DNA from: Trypanosoma brucei
Lineage: Eukaryota
Assembly: GCA_000002445.1 (NCBI GenBank)
Contig: CH464491.1
Span: forward strand, 928,001-992,000
DNA length: 64,000 nucleotides
Direction: 5' to 3'
Position numbers and translations under genes: made by a program. Shown one piece after another: positions 41,780 to 56,900 of the stretch. The notes under the pieces were generated by a model. The model did no database searches. It was not told the origin of the DNA and saw only the letters and a list, made by a program, of their open reading frames with translations. Each line of letters starts with the position of its first letter. Positions within the stretch are counted from its first letter, which is position 1.

Positions 41780-43554
41780 TTGCGTACTTAACAATACTTT
41801 GCGGGACAGATATCGCGCTCTTATGACTTCGTGAATGGGGGCAAAAGAAAAAAAGGATTGTTTCATGGTAGGTGTTGGTTCACTTATACATTAAAAGAAT
41901 GTGCCACTGCCATTTGTTAAAGGTCAGTTCCACAAGTATCATCTACCAGATTGCGCTAAATATGCTTGTTGAAGGAATAACATGTCATTCCTTCATCCTG
42001 TCTCCTCGGTATTAATTCACTTATCTCCATGTGTTTTCGGTGGTTGGAGGGCCCGATGGCGCATGTGCTGGCATCCCTCCGTCGTGGCCACTCGGGTGGT
42101 GTCTGCTACCGGTACCGTTGGGGCGATTTAACAAAGTTCCGTGTGGCGACTGCGCTCAGGCGCTTGGGAGGTGACTGTGTGTAAATACGGAAATGACGGT
42201 GAACCCTTCAACAACGCTGGTGGTTTCCACGCTTGGTCTGAAGGGTCCTGCGGAAGGCAACCACGTTTCCAGGACACCGTTCTATACACGTGCAGACTGG
42301 CGAAACTTTCTGCGGAATCATTCTAAATGTTTGTGGCATGTTTTGCTTTGCAGATACCTTTTGTTGTACAAAAAAGGTGTCTTCTTCCTCTTGAGGAGGG
42401 AGAGGGAGGAGCAACTGACCTTTGACTTCATTTTGAATCAAAACGCGGATAAGCAAGTGTGAGTTGCCGGGCCCGTGGCTAGCAGATGCACAGTAGCATA
42501 TAACTGCGCTTCAAGGAGTCACTCTATACCTCTTCAAGCTGCACAAGCGCGAGAATTAGTGGTATCTACATTGTGCTGTTTCATGTGAAATTTCTGGAGT
42601 TTACTTCATCGCCCCGCAAAACTACGGACTGAGAGCAAGTACGTGATACTGAAGGCAAGAAACAAACTGCTGAAGGCGGAAACCCCTAGTTTATTTCCCG
42701 ATCGACCTTCCCTGTTAGCGAAGGAGCGCAACCATCTTTACCGGTTGTCGTAGGAAATTAGTGGAAACATCGACTGTACACAACCTTTCCACATTGTTAC
42801 GGGTATGGTTGGGGCGATTCGGCTGTCGATGAGCGAAGAGGAATGGCGAGCAGCGAGTGCTCGTTCACACTACCTCTGTGCCATTGAGTTTCCTATAGGA
42901 ACCACGGCGTGAAGCATTCTGCCTTCTTCGGGTTTATAAGCGGTTACGACTGTTGCGGTGGGGTCCACAGCACCGCATGTCTCACTTGCCTTTACGAACG
43001 AGTTGAACAGATGCTACTTTCTTCGTCGTAAACACGTGGTGTGCTGGACCGAAAGAAGAAGGTAGGCACATGCCTACCGATAGGTCACTCAGTGGCACGC
43101 TAATTAAAGTAAATTCTCTGAGAAGCCTGTGGACTGGTGAAATATCTCTGCTTGGGAAGAAGAGAATGACCAGGGCCTCCGATTCTGGTAGTTTTTCCAC
43201 CACTGCGTGGACGGCTGAAAGAGTCGGCAATACGCAATGTCTTCGTGTGCTTCCTCACTCACGTTACACATGCGTATGTGGTTCAGCATGGGGTTATAGT
43301 TTTGTTGCAGCTTTATTCTTTCTTTCTTGGTCTTATTGACGCCTACATAAGATCTAACTGGAAAATATGCACTGGACATTACGCTGCAGTTCCTGCGCAT
43401 GTATTTACATGTACCTTGCTACATGCCTCGTGTTTATTTTTCCCCTTTAATTCTGTCTCAATTATCTCCTTTAATGTCCTTTGTATATAACGTGGTGCTA
43501 GGAGTAGTTCCCAGATTTGTCGGATACAACAGTACCACCAGGTGATCAAGATCA

Positions 43555-44028
43555 ATGGCAGACGGTAAGGCAGAAAATGAGTTGATGGAAATTGAAGAAA
43601 TCGCCGTTTCAGACGGAGGGGCCGCTCGCTTCGCACCAGTAGAAGTGAAGAGCGGTGAGGAAAAGTACAACATCGTTTGGGAGGAAACTGGGAAGCTTCT
43701 GCGCTTCGATGAGGGTGAGAATGCGTGGAAGGAGCGTGGGCAGGGCATGGCAAAGATACTACAGAAGAAGGAAGACAGTGGGGTGTACATGTTCGTATTC
43801 CGCCGTGAAGGTGTTGGGAAGTTGGCGGCCCAGCACTACTTACTTCGTGGCATGACGATTAAGGTGCATCCACAGAGCGAAAAAGCACTTCTGTGGACGG
43901 CGTTCAAGGACTACAGTGATGATGAGGAGGGGTTCCCCGAGAGGTTTGTGCTTCGGTTCGCCTCGAAAGAATTAGCTGATAGCGGGTTGAAGGCGTTCAA
44001 CGATGCCCTTTCCAAAACCACCACATAG
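43555..44028 (+). CDS. Ran-binding protein 1 (RanBD domain)
   Basis: The protein is 157 aa. FAPVEVKSGEEKYNIVWEETGKLLRFDEGENAWKERGQGMAKILQKKEDSGVYMFVFRREGVGKLAAQHYLL matches the RanBD1 core, including the WKERG motif. A poly-Y tract lies at about 43420-43470 upstream. Confidence 0.82.
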   Translation: MADGKAENELMEIEEIAVSDGGAARFAPVEVKSGEEKYNIVWEETGKLLRFDEGENAWKERGQGMAKILQKKEDSGVYMFVFRREGVGKLAAQHYLLRGMTIKVHPQSEKALLWTAFKDYSDDEEGFPERFVLRFASKELADSGLKAFNDALSKTTT

Positions 44029-44985
44029 ATTGCATCCCTCGTGTTTGTTGTTTCGCTTGGTTTTGAATGTGATGTGCGTGTGTGCACTGTTGAAATCTCC
44101 CTTTTTTTATGTACGTCCACTTCCTCATTCTCATCTCTCCTCCTATTTGTAACGAGCTTCCTCGTTACTTTCTTTTCTCTTAACTCTTCGTTTTCTCGTC
44201 GGAACTTCGGCATATGTGACGGTGGAATTATCCACGTCGCGTTGGTCTTGAGGGGCCGAAGGAAGGGGGAGGGAGTGGTTCATTGTGTCGTCTGTTTGTG
44301 TGTGTGTGTGTGTGCGTGGAGGGGGTGGGGAAGGGTGGGTGATGGTCAATGGCGATATCAAGAGGAGAAAGCAACGCACTTTGCCGCTGATGTTGTCGTT
44401 ACGGTCACGCCAACCATTTGCAACTTCCCCCATCCCTCCCATGAATTTATCACTATACAGTGGCTCCTTGTTGGAGAAGAGGCTAAATAATGGTAGTCGG
44501 TGGGTGAGTGTGTGCGGACATGTGAAAATAGGTATGAGAGAAAAGGGAAAGAAGAGAGGTAACCGCAAAAGGGGAGAGGAGGAGGAGGAAAAACTCTAAG
44601 CAACGTAATAAACTGTGTAAGTGATGCGGTGGGGGTAACTACATACAACTGCTGACGGTTTGGTGCTACAGGTACATAAGTGTGTGTTCGTTGGGGGACA
44701 CTCTTTCGCGTGTGTTTTGTATTGTTATTTTCAGTGGCTACTTGGCTTCTGCCGCATGATATTTTATTTTTTTTCTTCGTTTATTCCGGTGGTTTTCTTT
44801 GTACTTACGCTCGGGACTGCCTCGCGTGCACCGCAGGCAAATCACCAAGCCTGTGTCTGTAGAGTACGGAACCGACGTCAGCTGCGAGAAAGCAGCAAAA
44901 TAAGCAAAAAGAGGGATATCCCAGTTGAAGAGGGGATTAGAAAAGAGTTTGATAGCATTCCTTCTAACTTCACCAGAGATTTACC

Positions 44986-47900
44986 ATGGATGGTCTCAGC
45001 ACACAATACTTGCAGATGGCGAACGGCCCGCAGAGCCAGATGCATGATCCGGTATCTGTGGTGAATTTCGTAGACCAAATGCAACTTGCTTTTGAGAGAA
45101 GCACGGCCCCGCGTAAGAACTTCCTCCTTGACAGCACAACGCCTCGTGGTGATGCTATCATTACTGAAGTTTCTGCAATGAAGCCAGGGAACGGCTGGGT
45201 CACACTGCAGGTAACCGAGGGAATTAGGCGTGGTGTGCACGAATGGGGTGTAACCATTGAAAACCAGGGCGAGACCACAGACGGAAGTGGGCTCATGCTT
45301 GGAATAGTTCCCAAAAGCTTCTCAAAGTATGATTCCTTCATTTCACAAGGTGGTGGCTGGTGTCTAAGCCGCGCCGGAAAGTTTTACGGCCATTGGAGGA
45401 GGCACGAGGCGAACGCAAGCGTTACTTTTGGTACAGGTGACCGTGTCATTTTTATTCTGGATTACGAAGCGGCACGCATGACGGTGCGGGTGGGCGATAA
45501 GTATGTTGTGGGTGAGATTAGCAACATTGCTCCCGAGGTGTTCCCGGCGGTATCCCTGCATTATCGGCACCAGTTTGTGCGGTTTGAGTACCGCAAGGTG
45601 CATGATCGGCAGTCAAAGAAACTGAATTGGATAGAGAGACTTGCATTCCCTCACGCAACGGTGTTCCTACCACTGACAAGGCAACAATTAGAAGATGTAC
45701 CACTAGGTTCATACGTTTTTAGTCCACTATTCGCCGAGGGGCAGGGATGTGCGCCGCCGCGGAAAAGGCAGGGAGAGCATGGGCCAGCAACTGGCGAATC
45801 TCTTGACACTGAGGAAAGGGGAGCGAAGTTGCATTGCGATTACGAGGCTCACAGCGCTGCAAAGGCACGGTTGACTGTTGTTCTTCGCGCCATACAAGCA
45901 GTGAGACGCTACTGTACGAACGGTGTTGTGGCGGCACACACTTTTCTTGACCGAAACGTAACGGCAGAAATGCTGCGAAGTCAACGACACGCCTTAGCAA
46001 CTCGCGGGTCCGATCGGCGCGGCGGAGGGGACGCCGCAGTGGACTGCGGGGCGTTAATACTTATCCACATGTTTTCGCACTCCAGCATGACAATCACTGG
46101 TGTTACTATGTTACCGGTGCTGCGTAGCTTGCAAGAGTACCTTCGTAGTGTTGACCTCTTTAGCCTCAGTGAAGCATCTGTTGGTTGCACTAACGCGGGG
46201 ACCATCGTTTCTCCAGACGTTGTGCGGATGGCAGCAGATAACGTAGCTGGGCTCATTGACCGCGCTCGTAGGAATGAGTGTGATAGCAGCAATGATACGG
46301 CTGTCAGTGGTATGGGTAGCACAGATGCTAGCATCAGTTTGATTCCCGGTTTGACGGAACTCCTTGTACTGGTGGCACTGCAGTGTGGTACGGTGTGTGA
46401 AGTACTCCGTGCCGTCAGGGTGCTGCTGCGCGCACCCACAAGTGATGTTTCACCCGAGATGCTCACTTGGTTGCGGTTGAATAAGGCAGCGCTCACACCG
46501 AAATGTTACCTACCTAAACTTCACGAAGCCTATGACGCTATTGAAGAGGATATGGAGCATGTTACGCCCTTCGCTCCTACCATAGAGGTTAAGGTTATTT
46601 CAGTAGGTTATCATCGTGGAGCAATATACGTTCATACAGCTGACACCCTCCGTAGGTGGGGTGTTTTTGTTGGGGCATACACACCAACATCCACGACAAC
46701 CGAACCTAGGAACTGCTGCCTCAACTGTACCAGCTCCAGTATCGCTTTTATGAAGGACGAAGGGGTCATATTCCACACTGATCGTATGGCGGGTGCCGGC
46801 ATTGCTGTGGTGGTCTATTCTTCATCACTTGAGATCCAGCAAACGGTGATGCTTGCCAGTGTGCCACAGTGGCCTACGACGTCCAATTATGTGCGCATGT
46901 GCTCTGGGCCCGGCCACCACATATTGCTTGTGTACGACGTGCCTCACTCGGACACATCGTCAGCATTACGAGGAACGGCAGCTCCGGTGCCATCGACAAC
47001 CGCGGGAACGTTGACGGACGACGCAAGCAAAGCTTCTGCTACTGGAATCGAGGTACAAGTACTCAATGGCAAAAAGTTTCCGGAGGTAAAGTGGCGTACG
47101 AAACTTCAATTTCCACCATTCGACAACACAACAAGATCGTGTGTGACGTTGCGCAAAGGAAGCGTCATTGACTTTGGCAACCCTGAGACGTACCTTAACA
47201 CCACAGGTGGTCACATAACTGTGGAAGTGTGGATAAAAATGCTTGATAAGAACGATGTTTCCGTGTTTTACCAGCATGGTGACCGCAGCACAAGTGGCGA
47301 AGTATTTCTCGAGACGGCACGGCTGGAGGGGGCGTGGCGGATTCGTGGTGGCTATCGTCACGACTATCGTGGAATGTGTGTCGTTTCGGCGCCATTTAAC
47401 CCGGCTTCCGAGTCCCGTTTCGTTCATGTGGCGTTGGTGTTCGACGGAAACTGGCGACTTCATTTTGATGGTGAAGAGGTGTCGCGTACCAAACAGTGCC
47501 TCCAGGTGGCACTTGAAAACCCCCGGCAGCGATGGACAGCCGGCAATGACTGCGTTTGCCAGTTGGCGGGGCTGCGGGTATGGAAGGGGGGGCGGACATT
47601 TCGCGAGATTGCCCGTGATTCCTCCCGTGTTCTTGGTGGAGATGAGCCTGGTCTGGTGTGCCAATACCTATTCAACGAGCACAACGGAAACGTCGTCTAC
47701 AACCATGTGAGGGGCGAAGCGGCTGCGGGACGTCACGCCATTGTCCGGGGGGCATTTTCTCGCACTGTGTGCAACGATCATCCACTTCTCGCTTCTGCAC
47801 ACAGCGAGCCGGCACTCGGGACCTCGACGGTGCGTGTCACAGCCCCAACGTACGATCTACCTAAACTAGAGCATGCTCATGTGTTCTATGACGGTGTACA

Positions 47901-50900
47901 TCTTGGTATATTAGAACAGAAGGAGCGAGCATTTCATGGTTTTGCTGAGATGAAATGTCTCCACCAGGCAGTGTTTTTTGACATTGAAACTGGTCGCGGA
48001 GTGTATGGGAGTTTCATGCTTCGACATCGCTACAAGCTAGGTCTCCTCGGGTGCGATGAAAATGGCCGTTACTGGGAGCTATTTCAGGCAGGGGGGCAAC
48101 CAAACGTTTCTTTGTTTGGTCAGCAGCAGCAGCAGGCGCAGTTACCTGCAACCGTTTCAGCAGGTACACTCTCCGTCTCCCCGAGCGCAGTGCTGGAAGA
48201 GGACCACATCGCGTGGCACGACAACTTGGAATTTTTATCCTTCACTAGCTCAGTTAAGTCCGAAACACCGGGTGATGCCCCGAAGGGATCCATTTATGGG
48301 GACATGGGTACCAGCTCACCAACCGACAATGACATCAATACCCAGCATATGAGCTTTGGTGCATTGGCGATTTGGTTGTTGAACCTCCTTTCTTCGTTCT
48401 CGGAATCAAACGACACTGCGTCCACCAATTCCCTGTTTAGTCCACTACTTGACGATGTGAGTGTTCGCTGTGTGCAGGAAATACGGCAGTTGCTGCACGA
48501 ACACTGTCGCCCAGTGAAGTCCATCAGCTCGAGGCGTTCCCTGAGTCTTAAGGACAGTACTTCCACCATTGCCATTGGCACTGCCATGCGCATCCTTCTG
48601 CGCCTTGTGAGACGGGTGCGTGATTTCAGAATACATCCGGACACGATTGGACTTTCTGAAGCTGCTTCTGTCGGTGATCTCAGAGGTGTTTTTCGTGAAC
48701 TTAATGCCATCCAGCGCAGGCGTAGTACCGATTGGTCTAAAGCTGGCGATTCCTTTTTGACTACGCCAAGTCAGGCAGCAACGATGGCGAAGGCGGCATT
48801 GTCAGTACCGCCAAAAGACATATTCAACAGCATTTCACCAACTTATATACCACATGTTGGATTGGGCTTACTTGGCATTCTTCTTGACATCATAAATGAG
48901 TCGGGCTTAAGTTTACCCACAGAGTTGGGTAGCATAGCTTGCATCATCGTAAACGAAGGTGTAACACTTTTCTTCCCCACTGCGGTGGTGCGTGCCAATC
49001 TGCTACGTGAAATACTCGGAAAGGAGGAAGAGAGCATGACTCGGTCACCGGCTCTGAGTGTGCTTCTTCATGCTATTGTAAGGAGTTTTACTGATGTAAC
49101 ATCTGCGGCGTCCCTTCTTCAGATCACAGAACCCGACAACTGCATTCCGAGGCGAAATGATGGCATCGAACCGAACCGAAGCAAAAATGACGATACCGCG
49201 GCAGCCTATGGAAAGCTCGCTGCAGTAAAGAGCACACTTTCAACGTTAGTTGTAGAATGTACACAGCAGGTAATGCGCCAGGCTCCAAACAATCTGCGTC
49301 AGTCCCAACTTTCCCTTCTGTCGACAATGGCTGAGGCAATCGGGGTACTGCAGATGCTGCTTTTTAGTCACTGTGATGAGTTTGGGACAGTGGATGTACA
49401 CGAAAAGATGAACAAAGGTATTGAAAATATGCATTCACTCCACGGTGTCGTTGGACTTGGTACGACGGCAAGAGATTATTACACGGAACTTTTTGATAAT
49501 GCGGGGCTAATTTTCGAAACATTTGCGCAACGACTTGAGGTGATGTCATTGGGAGAGGAAAAGGAGACATCCGGAAGAGTTTCTTTTGTTCTCGATGTGC
49601 TTGGTAACTCCTTCGTTGGAAGCCCACTTCACACAGCTATTACCGCCTTGCCCCTTATGTGCTCTCAGGAGGAATCTGGGTGGTTGCTTGGGAGACTCAA
49701 CCACTTGTCGCTACGGTATCGCGCACTTCTTTGCTCACTTCGCGCAAGCATGACAACGGGAACAACACTTGGGTCACACCGTCCACTACATGTCCTCGAC
49801 ACCGCCCTGTCGTTGGCATCTTCGTGGGTTGCATCCTTCATGTCATTAGGACAAATATCGGCACCAACAATACGGGAGGAAAGTGCTTCCCCGTCCCACT
49901 CAACTGTCTCGACACCGCCTCACGACAACGCGACTGATGCACCGTCTTGTGAATTATCCGCCACCCTGAAGGAAATCTGTGACCACCCTCTGCTTGCTGC
50001 TGGAATAAAAAAAGACGACGACAAAAATGATAAAAAAATGGAAGTTCTAATGAAGCTTCAACAGCGGCAGGCCGAGTGGCAGTCCATTGCTCGACGGGAT
50101 GTGGTGCTTGCGTCCAAGACGCCGGTGGAGATTGAAGAAGTGATATCTATGGCTGCAATCGCAGTTGTTCATCTTAGCAGTGCGAGAATAGAGGTTCTCG
50201 CCATGAACGAATGTATCGAATTGCTTGCAAAGACATTGGTACGCCTGAAAGGACTAAGGAGTGGATTACTGGATAAACGTTCCAAGAGTCCCGGTGACTT
50301 TTTAGCTGTCCAACAAAACGCGAAGGAGTGCTGTCATTTCCTGCTGCGTGTGGCAAGAGTATCGGACTCTACAGTGATTCAAATGCCATCCCTCTATCTC
50401 GCTCGGACGTACGCGGATCGAGCGCAGGGGGATCCTAAACGGCCTGGCAATGTGAACGTCGACAATTGGAAACGGGCAGTCCTCATTATGCGGATGAAGC
50501 GGCTCTACCATCGTGCCCTTGTCTATGGCTGGTCATTGATTCAGATTCCCGCCGCAGTTGCACTTGTGGAACGTATCATTCTCTCCCCCGAAATAAAAGC
50601 ATCAGACATGCGGGAAGCCTTCGAAGAGAGGGAAAGGGGGGCGCTCAGGCGCTTAAGTGGTCTTCAGCATATGTACCAGCTATTTCAGAATAATGCCCGC
50701 CTTGGTTGTAAGGTTGCATCACTTCTTTTCAATGGTCGCGTGGGTGGAGGCCGACATTTTGAGCTTGGCATATCCGCGTCGGGTGATTCCACGCGTTGTA
50801 GCTACCGACAAACGATGTATGACATTATTCGGCGACTTTGTGAGATCACACGGCCGATAACAAATCACAAAGGCTTCCCCGAGGCAACCACTGATGGCTC

Positions 50901-53900
50901 TGCATCACCTGCGTCGTCTCCACGAGGAGTTGTCGAACCGTGTCGATCAGCTACGCTAAGCGAGGTACTCAACAGGCAGTGGCTTCCCAGTGATTTTTGT
51001 TTCTTCAGGGAGGTCCGCGTCGTGGAAGTAATGTTCCTTTCGTTCTGTAGCATATTCCAACCAAATGCGTCTGAAACGTTGCGGCATGAACGGGCACTGG
51101 AGCTGTCGCACCGGGGGGCCGTTAAGGGGAATAGAACCCACCCGGTGGCTGGCATCGGTGGGAGCAACAACGGCACTACCTTTCCAAGCTCTACCACTGC
51201 TATGAGTGGTGGTCGTACGAGCGGGAGCGGTAGACCTCTTGCTGTTGTCGCGCCCGGGGGTGTGGGAGATGAAGGAAATGAACAGACGTTGCAGCGCACA
51301 CCGAGCGAGTGGGCGTTGCTGGAATCTCTCAATGCCCTCAAGTCATTGGGACTACAGTGTGCTGCTGCGCTGGGTGATGAGAATGCGGCACCGAACGAGG
51401 TGCGTGGCTGTGTTAATTTTCTCGACCTCGTTTTTGAGGTGCTCGATGAGGAGCTACGTAAGTGCGCTTACTATGCATCACAGCCGTACTACCATAGTCA
51501 AGATCGCGTACTGGAGCACATCGGATTGCTGTGTACTCTAATCAGCACGTTTGCCCGAGCGCTTCCGGCTGGCTTTATTTGCACTGAGGTTGTCTGTCCA
51601 AAAGCGGCGTTTCTGGCCTTCCGCCTTTGGTTGGTGGCTGATGTAATGGTATTAGCATCCGCAATGAATGTGGGAGCCTGTCCACTGGCGGAGGTATGCG
51701 TTCACACCAGTATTTTGCTACTTCGTCACTGCTCGCCCGCTGCTGTCAACCCATTGTTTACCAAAGAGAGTATTATGAGTGTTGTGCGGAAGTTACTACC
51801 CGCCGTAGCCGCGGATTGTGCAGCTGTAGGCTACTTTTTTTCCTTTGCAATACGTTGTGTCTCTGGGGACAGTAGTACGGGTGGCAGTGGTGCAAGCGGG
51901 AGTGCGCTCGGTAATTTCGGTGACATTGGGATAAGCTGTGTGGCTTCGCTACATGCACTTCTCTGCAGTCACCCATGGGATGAGACATTCTCCGCCATGC
52001 GTGGGCCTTTCTTGGCTGACCTCGCAGACTCGGCAAATGGCGGAGAGGCCATGCGTCCGAACGGCGTTCGTCTGCTCATGTGGATTTATCTCATCGGGGG
52101 GCCTCCGTCTGCTTCGTTAGGTCCTGGCAGGAAGGTTTTCATGTGTGTTGACGAAACGCTAGCAGCAACCGAGGAAGCTTACATCGTCGACTGCAACGCG
52201 AAGGCGGGCACAGCAACCGTCTTGCCAATACAAGTGGGCGCATTCACCGAGGAACATGAGGTTCCCCTCGACAACCTCATCAATGCGTCGCAGGATGAGG
52301 TTCTACTTCCCCGCTCTGAGGTGTTATTCCAGTTCCTACTTCCAGCCTTGGAACAGTGCTTCTCACCGCGACTTCGGCCACATTCTTCGCCCCTCCCGTG
52401 GGCTGTGATCGCCAGCCTGCTGCGCATCACACTCGCCGTCTTGAAAAAAGATCCTTCTGCAAGTTATGTCCTGCTTGAGCGGGGGATCATCGCGCAAGTG
52501 GACGATTTCGCGTTCCGGACACCTGCCAAAACCCCGTTACCGTTGCGGTATCTTTACGAGATGTGGCCGTTGCTCCTTCCACAGACAATGAATTGTCAAC
52601 AGCGGGCATTGTTTGATGCTGTCACCTCTTCCTCGAAGGATAATGATGCAAAGGCTCTATCATCCGGCTATGTATATCCGGTACGTACACCATGCCACGA
52701 TATCCAAGGTCCGCCTTCTGACCCTTCTGCGCACACAGCAAACTCGCTGTTTAGTGTAGCAGCTGCGGCTAGATACTCGGTACTTCCCCGTTTGGATGTT
52801 GAATGCAGCAACGCTGACGTGGATGATTACAACGGCAGTGGGAACATGGGGGGTAGTCCGGCCAATATTAGTGGGAGCAGCGTCGGTTGCACTGGTTCAC
52901 CTCCGCTGTTCTCCCGCCTACAGCAAGCACACTCCTCGCTCTGTCTTACACCCTCTGTTCTGTGCTTCAGTGGAGCCAGGGGCGATCCAGCCGGAACACT
53001 CATCATGAAGGGTGTCAGTAAGGATAGCTGCATCCCACCTTGGGCGGACGGTATAACCATTGAGGCGAGTGTCCTTCTGTATGACCGCCTTTTCCCCGAG
53101 CTGGGCGAAGCGTTCGTAATCCCAGCTTCCTGGGGCCGCCCACCAATTTCTTTCTCACTGTTTTCCTTGTACGAGAAGAAAGGAGACGGTCGAAGGTCGT
53201 TCCTGCGAGTGGTGCTGGACGAGGCGCGGATGGATTGTATCATAGAAACGGCAGCAGTATCGGCAGTGGTAATATCTACGAAACTTCTTCAGGAGGATTG
53301 GGACCATTGGATTCATTTAGCAGTGGTCATCGATAGCAAAAGCATAACGTTGTACAAAGATGGTGCTGGGGTAGCGGCGGCCCTTCCCAAGCACTTGGGT
53401 GTATACCTGGAAAATCTGTTTCGTGAAGGAAGCGTAGACCGGCTTGTTATAGGAAATATTAGTTCTGATGGAAAGAGAACTGGTCGGGGGGTCGTGTCAG
53501 TGGACGAAACCGACAGTGATGAAGCCAGTAGCAGTGGTGGTGGCAGGAGCTATGGCAAATCATCCAACGGGGTTGTTGTGGCTCTCGACAGTGTGCGGCT
53601 GTGGGGATGTGCGCGTTCTATGAAGATGCAGCGATCGGCCGCCGATTTCGTTGCGCGGGAACAGACGCTCCCGGTTTACGGTGTAAACGATGGTTCCAAC
53701 GTTACCTTTCGCTTTTCAGAGGCCACCGGAAACGAGACTTACGCTGAGAAGTGCGAGGGAGTGGGGGTGCTTAGCGGTAGTGTGCGCTGGGCCCCCTTCC
53801 CCGTTTTCTCCAGCAACGTTAACCTAGACAAGGTTCAGCGCACTGACGTGGCCCCACCTACTGCCCTACCTCTTTTCATTCCACGGCGTGAGTTTGAAAG

Positions 53901-56900
53901 CTTCTTTGCCACGCTTGACCACTCACCAGCCCTCAGGCTGGGTGGGGAGTACATGCAGAGCATTTGTGCTCATCTCAGTCGGCAGTGTGTTGTTGCCGCC
54001 ATTCAGCAAGCGATGTCGCCACAGTACCGTGTCGTTCACTTTGAACATTGTCGCACCAAAGGCTGCGGTGATGTTCCGGCTTCTGCCATTGTCGACCCGC
54101 GGAACATCATCGCAAGTACCGAGCTGATCAGCCATCTGATCAATTTGCTGCGATATAGTGACACTGGTTACCTTGAAGAAAAGGTGGTATTGGCAGTTTC
54201 CCAGTTTGTGAAGGTGTATTTTAGCTCTATGACCTCAGAAAAGCGTCTCTTGAAGGGATTCCGAGAGGCCGCCGTTGCGATCACTAAGGCTCTGCACGAT
54301 GAAACAGAACCTTTCTGTGTGGAATTGCCGACTGTTTCGTACGTGGCAACAGATGCTAATTTGGTGCCCATTGCTACTATTAACGGACCAGGAGGGGTAG
54401 TATCCTTCGATGCGAACAGTCGAGGTATCGAGCAGATGACCCTCTTGCGCGACCGTAAGCAGCGGGTACTCCTTGCAAAGTATCCCGACGCACAAAGCGG
54501 TTGGCCGGAGTTAGAGGTGCCTAGCGACAGCCTTTGGTTCTATGCGAAACCAAGCATCAGTACACGGTCTGTTGCACCATCCTTCACAGTTTCAGCACGG
54601 TCGCTTAAACCGCAGGTTGCGTGCGCAATTTTTGCTGCACTTCGTGAAGTTCTCTCTTCGGATGCTCGATTCCATTGCGGTCTTGGTTCTTTCTTGAACG
54701 CACCATTCATATCACTCTTGACGGTGCGCACAGGGACGACGAAGTGCGCTGCCGTCCCCTCGTGCCGAATCTTTACCTCTGTGTTGGAGTTGTGGCGGGA
54801 ATTCCCCCAATTCTCTCAACAAGACCAATGTCCATTGAAGATAACCCTAGCTAACCTCAACGCGCCGCTCATGTCGGTTCTACAGCGTGGCCATGCATCA
54901 GTTGCATCTTCGCCCATTGGTCGCCACAACGTGAGGGTTCAAAGTGTATTTGAGCTTTTGGTGGCCGCAATTCGGACCGAAGCAGCATGGGATATTTTGA
55001 CTCATAACCAGCGGACGCAAATCCGGTGGAGGCGCCTTTGCTCGCTGTGGGAACGTTCCATTGGCTTGTGTGCGCCAGCCATAACCATCGGAGTTAATTC
55101 CTCCGCCCTGCCTGCTTCCGCCACTACAGCTTTGGGCAATTCCAATCGAAACCACAAAGTTAGCAACGTTAATGCTGGTGGGTGCGGTTTGTCGTCGTCG
55201 GAGCATAAGCATGGTTATGTACATCTGGTTTTGTTGCCTTTTTCTGGTTCCACGCTGCAGCATCAACCCAAGGCATCGATATTCCAGCGCGGCAGTGGCG
55301 TTTGGAATGCCTTCTGCGACCGGGGTTTCCTCTCGGCACGTAGTAACGTGGGCTTCAAACATGGTCGGTTTTACTTCGAGGTCCGCATTCCTGCTAACGG
55401 CGATCCCATATCAGTGGGTGCTGTCACCGAGCGGGCGCAGCAGAACTCGTTTCTCTCACCGCGGGGGCTTGGCCACGACGGCGATTCTTGGGGTTTTGAA
55501 AGTGCGCAAATGTGTCGTTTCTATCATGGCTTTCGCCATGAATTTACCATGCGTACAAAGTGGAAGGGGCTTGATGTCATAGGCATCATGCTAGACCTTG
55601 AGACGGACACACTCGCCTGCCTGCACGAGGAACGTCAAGTTAGTGTGTTCGACAATTTCAGAGCATCCTTAGGTGCAGGGGTGCCTCTATCGTTTTTCCC
55701 AGCCGTTTCATTTGGAGCGGGAGGCGTAGATGTAAACTTCGGTGCGGCGCCCTTCGCCTACCGCGTTCCAGCTGGATTCGTACCAGTTGACCCATCAAAT
55801 TACATGGCTTCACCAACGTCAACGCCGTGGATGCTTATTTCGGCGATTGACGTAAGCGAGTGCCTTGCGAGGAGTGGGAAGAAGGGCACCGGGACGGACG
55901 CTAGTGATGGTGCCGTCGTTGCCACTAGTTCCTCAAAGGAAACCCGGCAGCTCCCACCCTTTCTAGCAAGAGCTAATGCTTCTGCTGCAACTTATTATGA
56001 AGGTCGAAGTGGACCACTGTGTGTGAACCTTCTTCCTTGTGGTCCTAAAAACAAAATGACATCTGTACAGGGAAGTGAGGTACGTGCTGAAGAGGACCCA
56101 CGGTTCTTTCGGGGTAGCGTTTGTGTCCGCTCTGGACGCTGGTACTATGAGGTTGGCCTCCGTGGCGACGCATTAATAAGTGTCGGTTGGGCAACGTCTA
56201 CCGCTGCAACTGATTGGTCGCGATCAAGGGGGTTGGGCGACGATGCTGAATCATGGGTGCTCGAAGGAAACCGAGCGACGGCAAGGCACAACAAGCACAC
56301 GCGAAGTGTTGGCGGCCAGTTGTGGAAACATGGCGATATCGTTGGCTGCTTGTTGGACTGCGAAGCCGGTACGATTGCGTACACACTGAATGGCGTCCCA
56401 CTACAGGAAGCGCAAAACACCGATGGTGAAGGTATTCTCTTCCGCTCAGTGAATCATGCAAACGGCCTGATGCCGGTCATTGGTGTTGACCCTAAAAATA
56501 CCGCGGTCGTCTGCTTCTGCGAGGAAGAACTATCGCACCTTCCGAAAAGGTGTCGGGCACTTGGCACAACGAGCCCCCTAAGAAAGGCACTGGAAAATCA
56601 CTTTTGTGGAGTAGATACAAGTGGGGTGGCGGAAAGGGGCGTCAGTGGTGTTTGTAGTACCCAATTCTCTCCCTCGCTGGCGCGACGTCTGCTACTGACC
56701 CTTTCGTCTTTGACGGAACTGAACTTTCACAATGGCGCAGCTTATTGCTTGGAAGATACCCTCACGAAGACTGACAAAGCCGTACTATGTGATAAGTTTC
56801 TGGGTCACAAAAACGCCATGCAGCTCCTTGTCACGTTACAAAACCTCACGAGCTTGGCCGAAGCGGTGATCCCGTATGCAGGCGTCCCGAGCATTCCTAT

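Noticed and set aside
46966-47664. 232-aa minus-strand ORF inside the HECT gene, with other minus ORFs 45981-46496 and 50865-51341
   Set aside because: These are antisense shadows of the 13.4-kb + ORF. No neighbouring gene is on the minus strand and no poly-Y signals are present on that strand.
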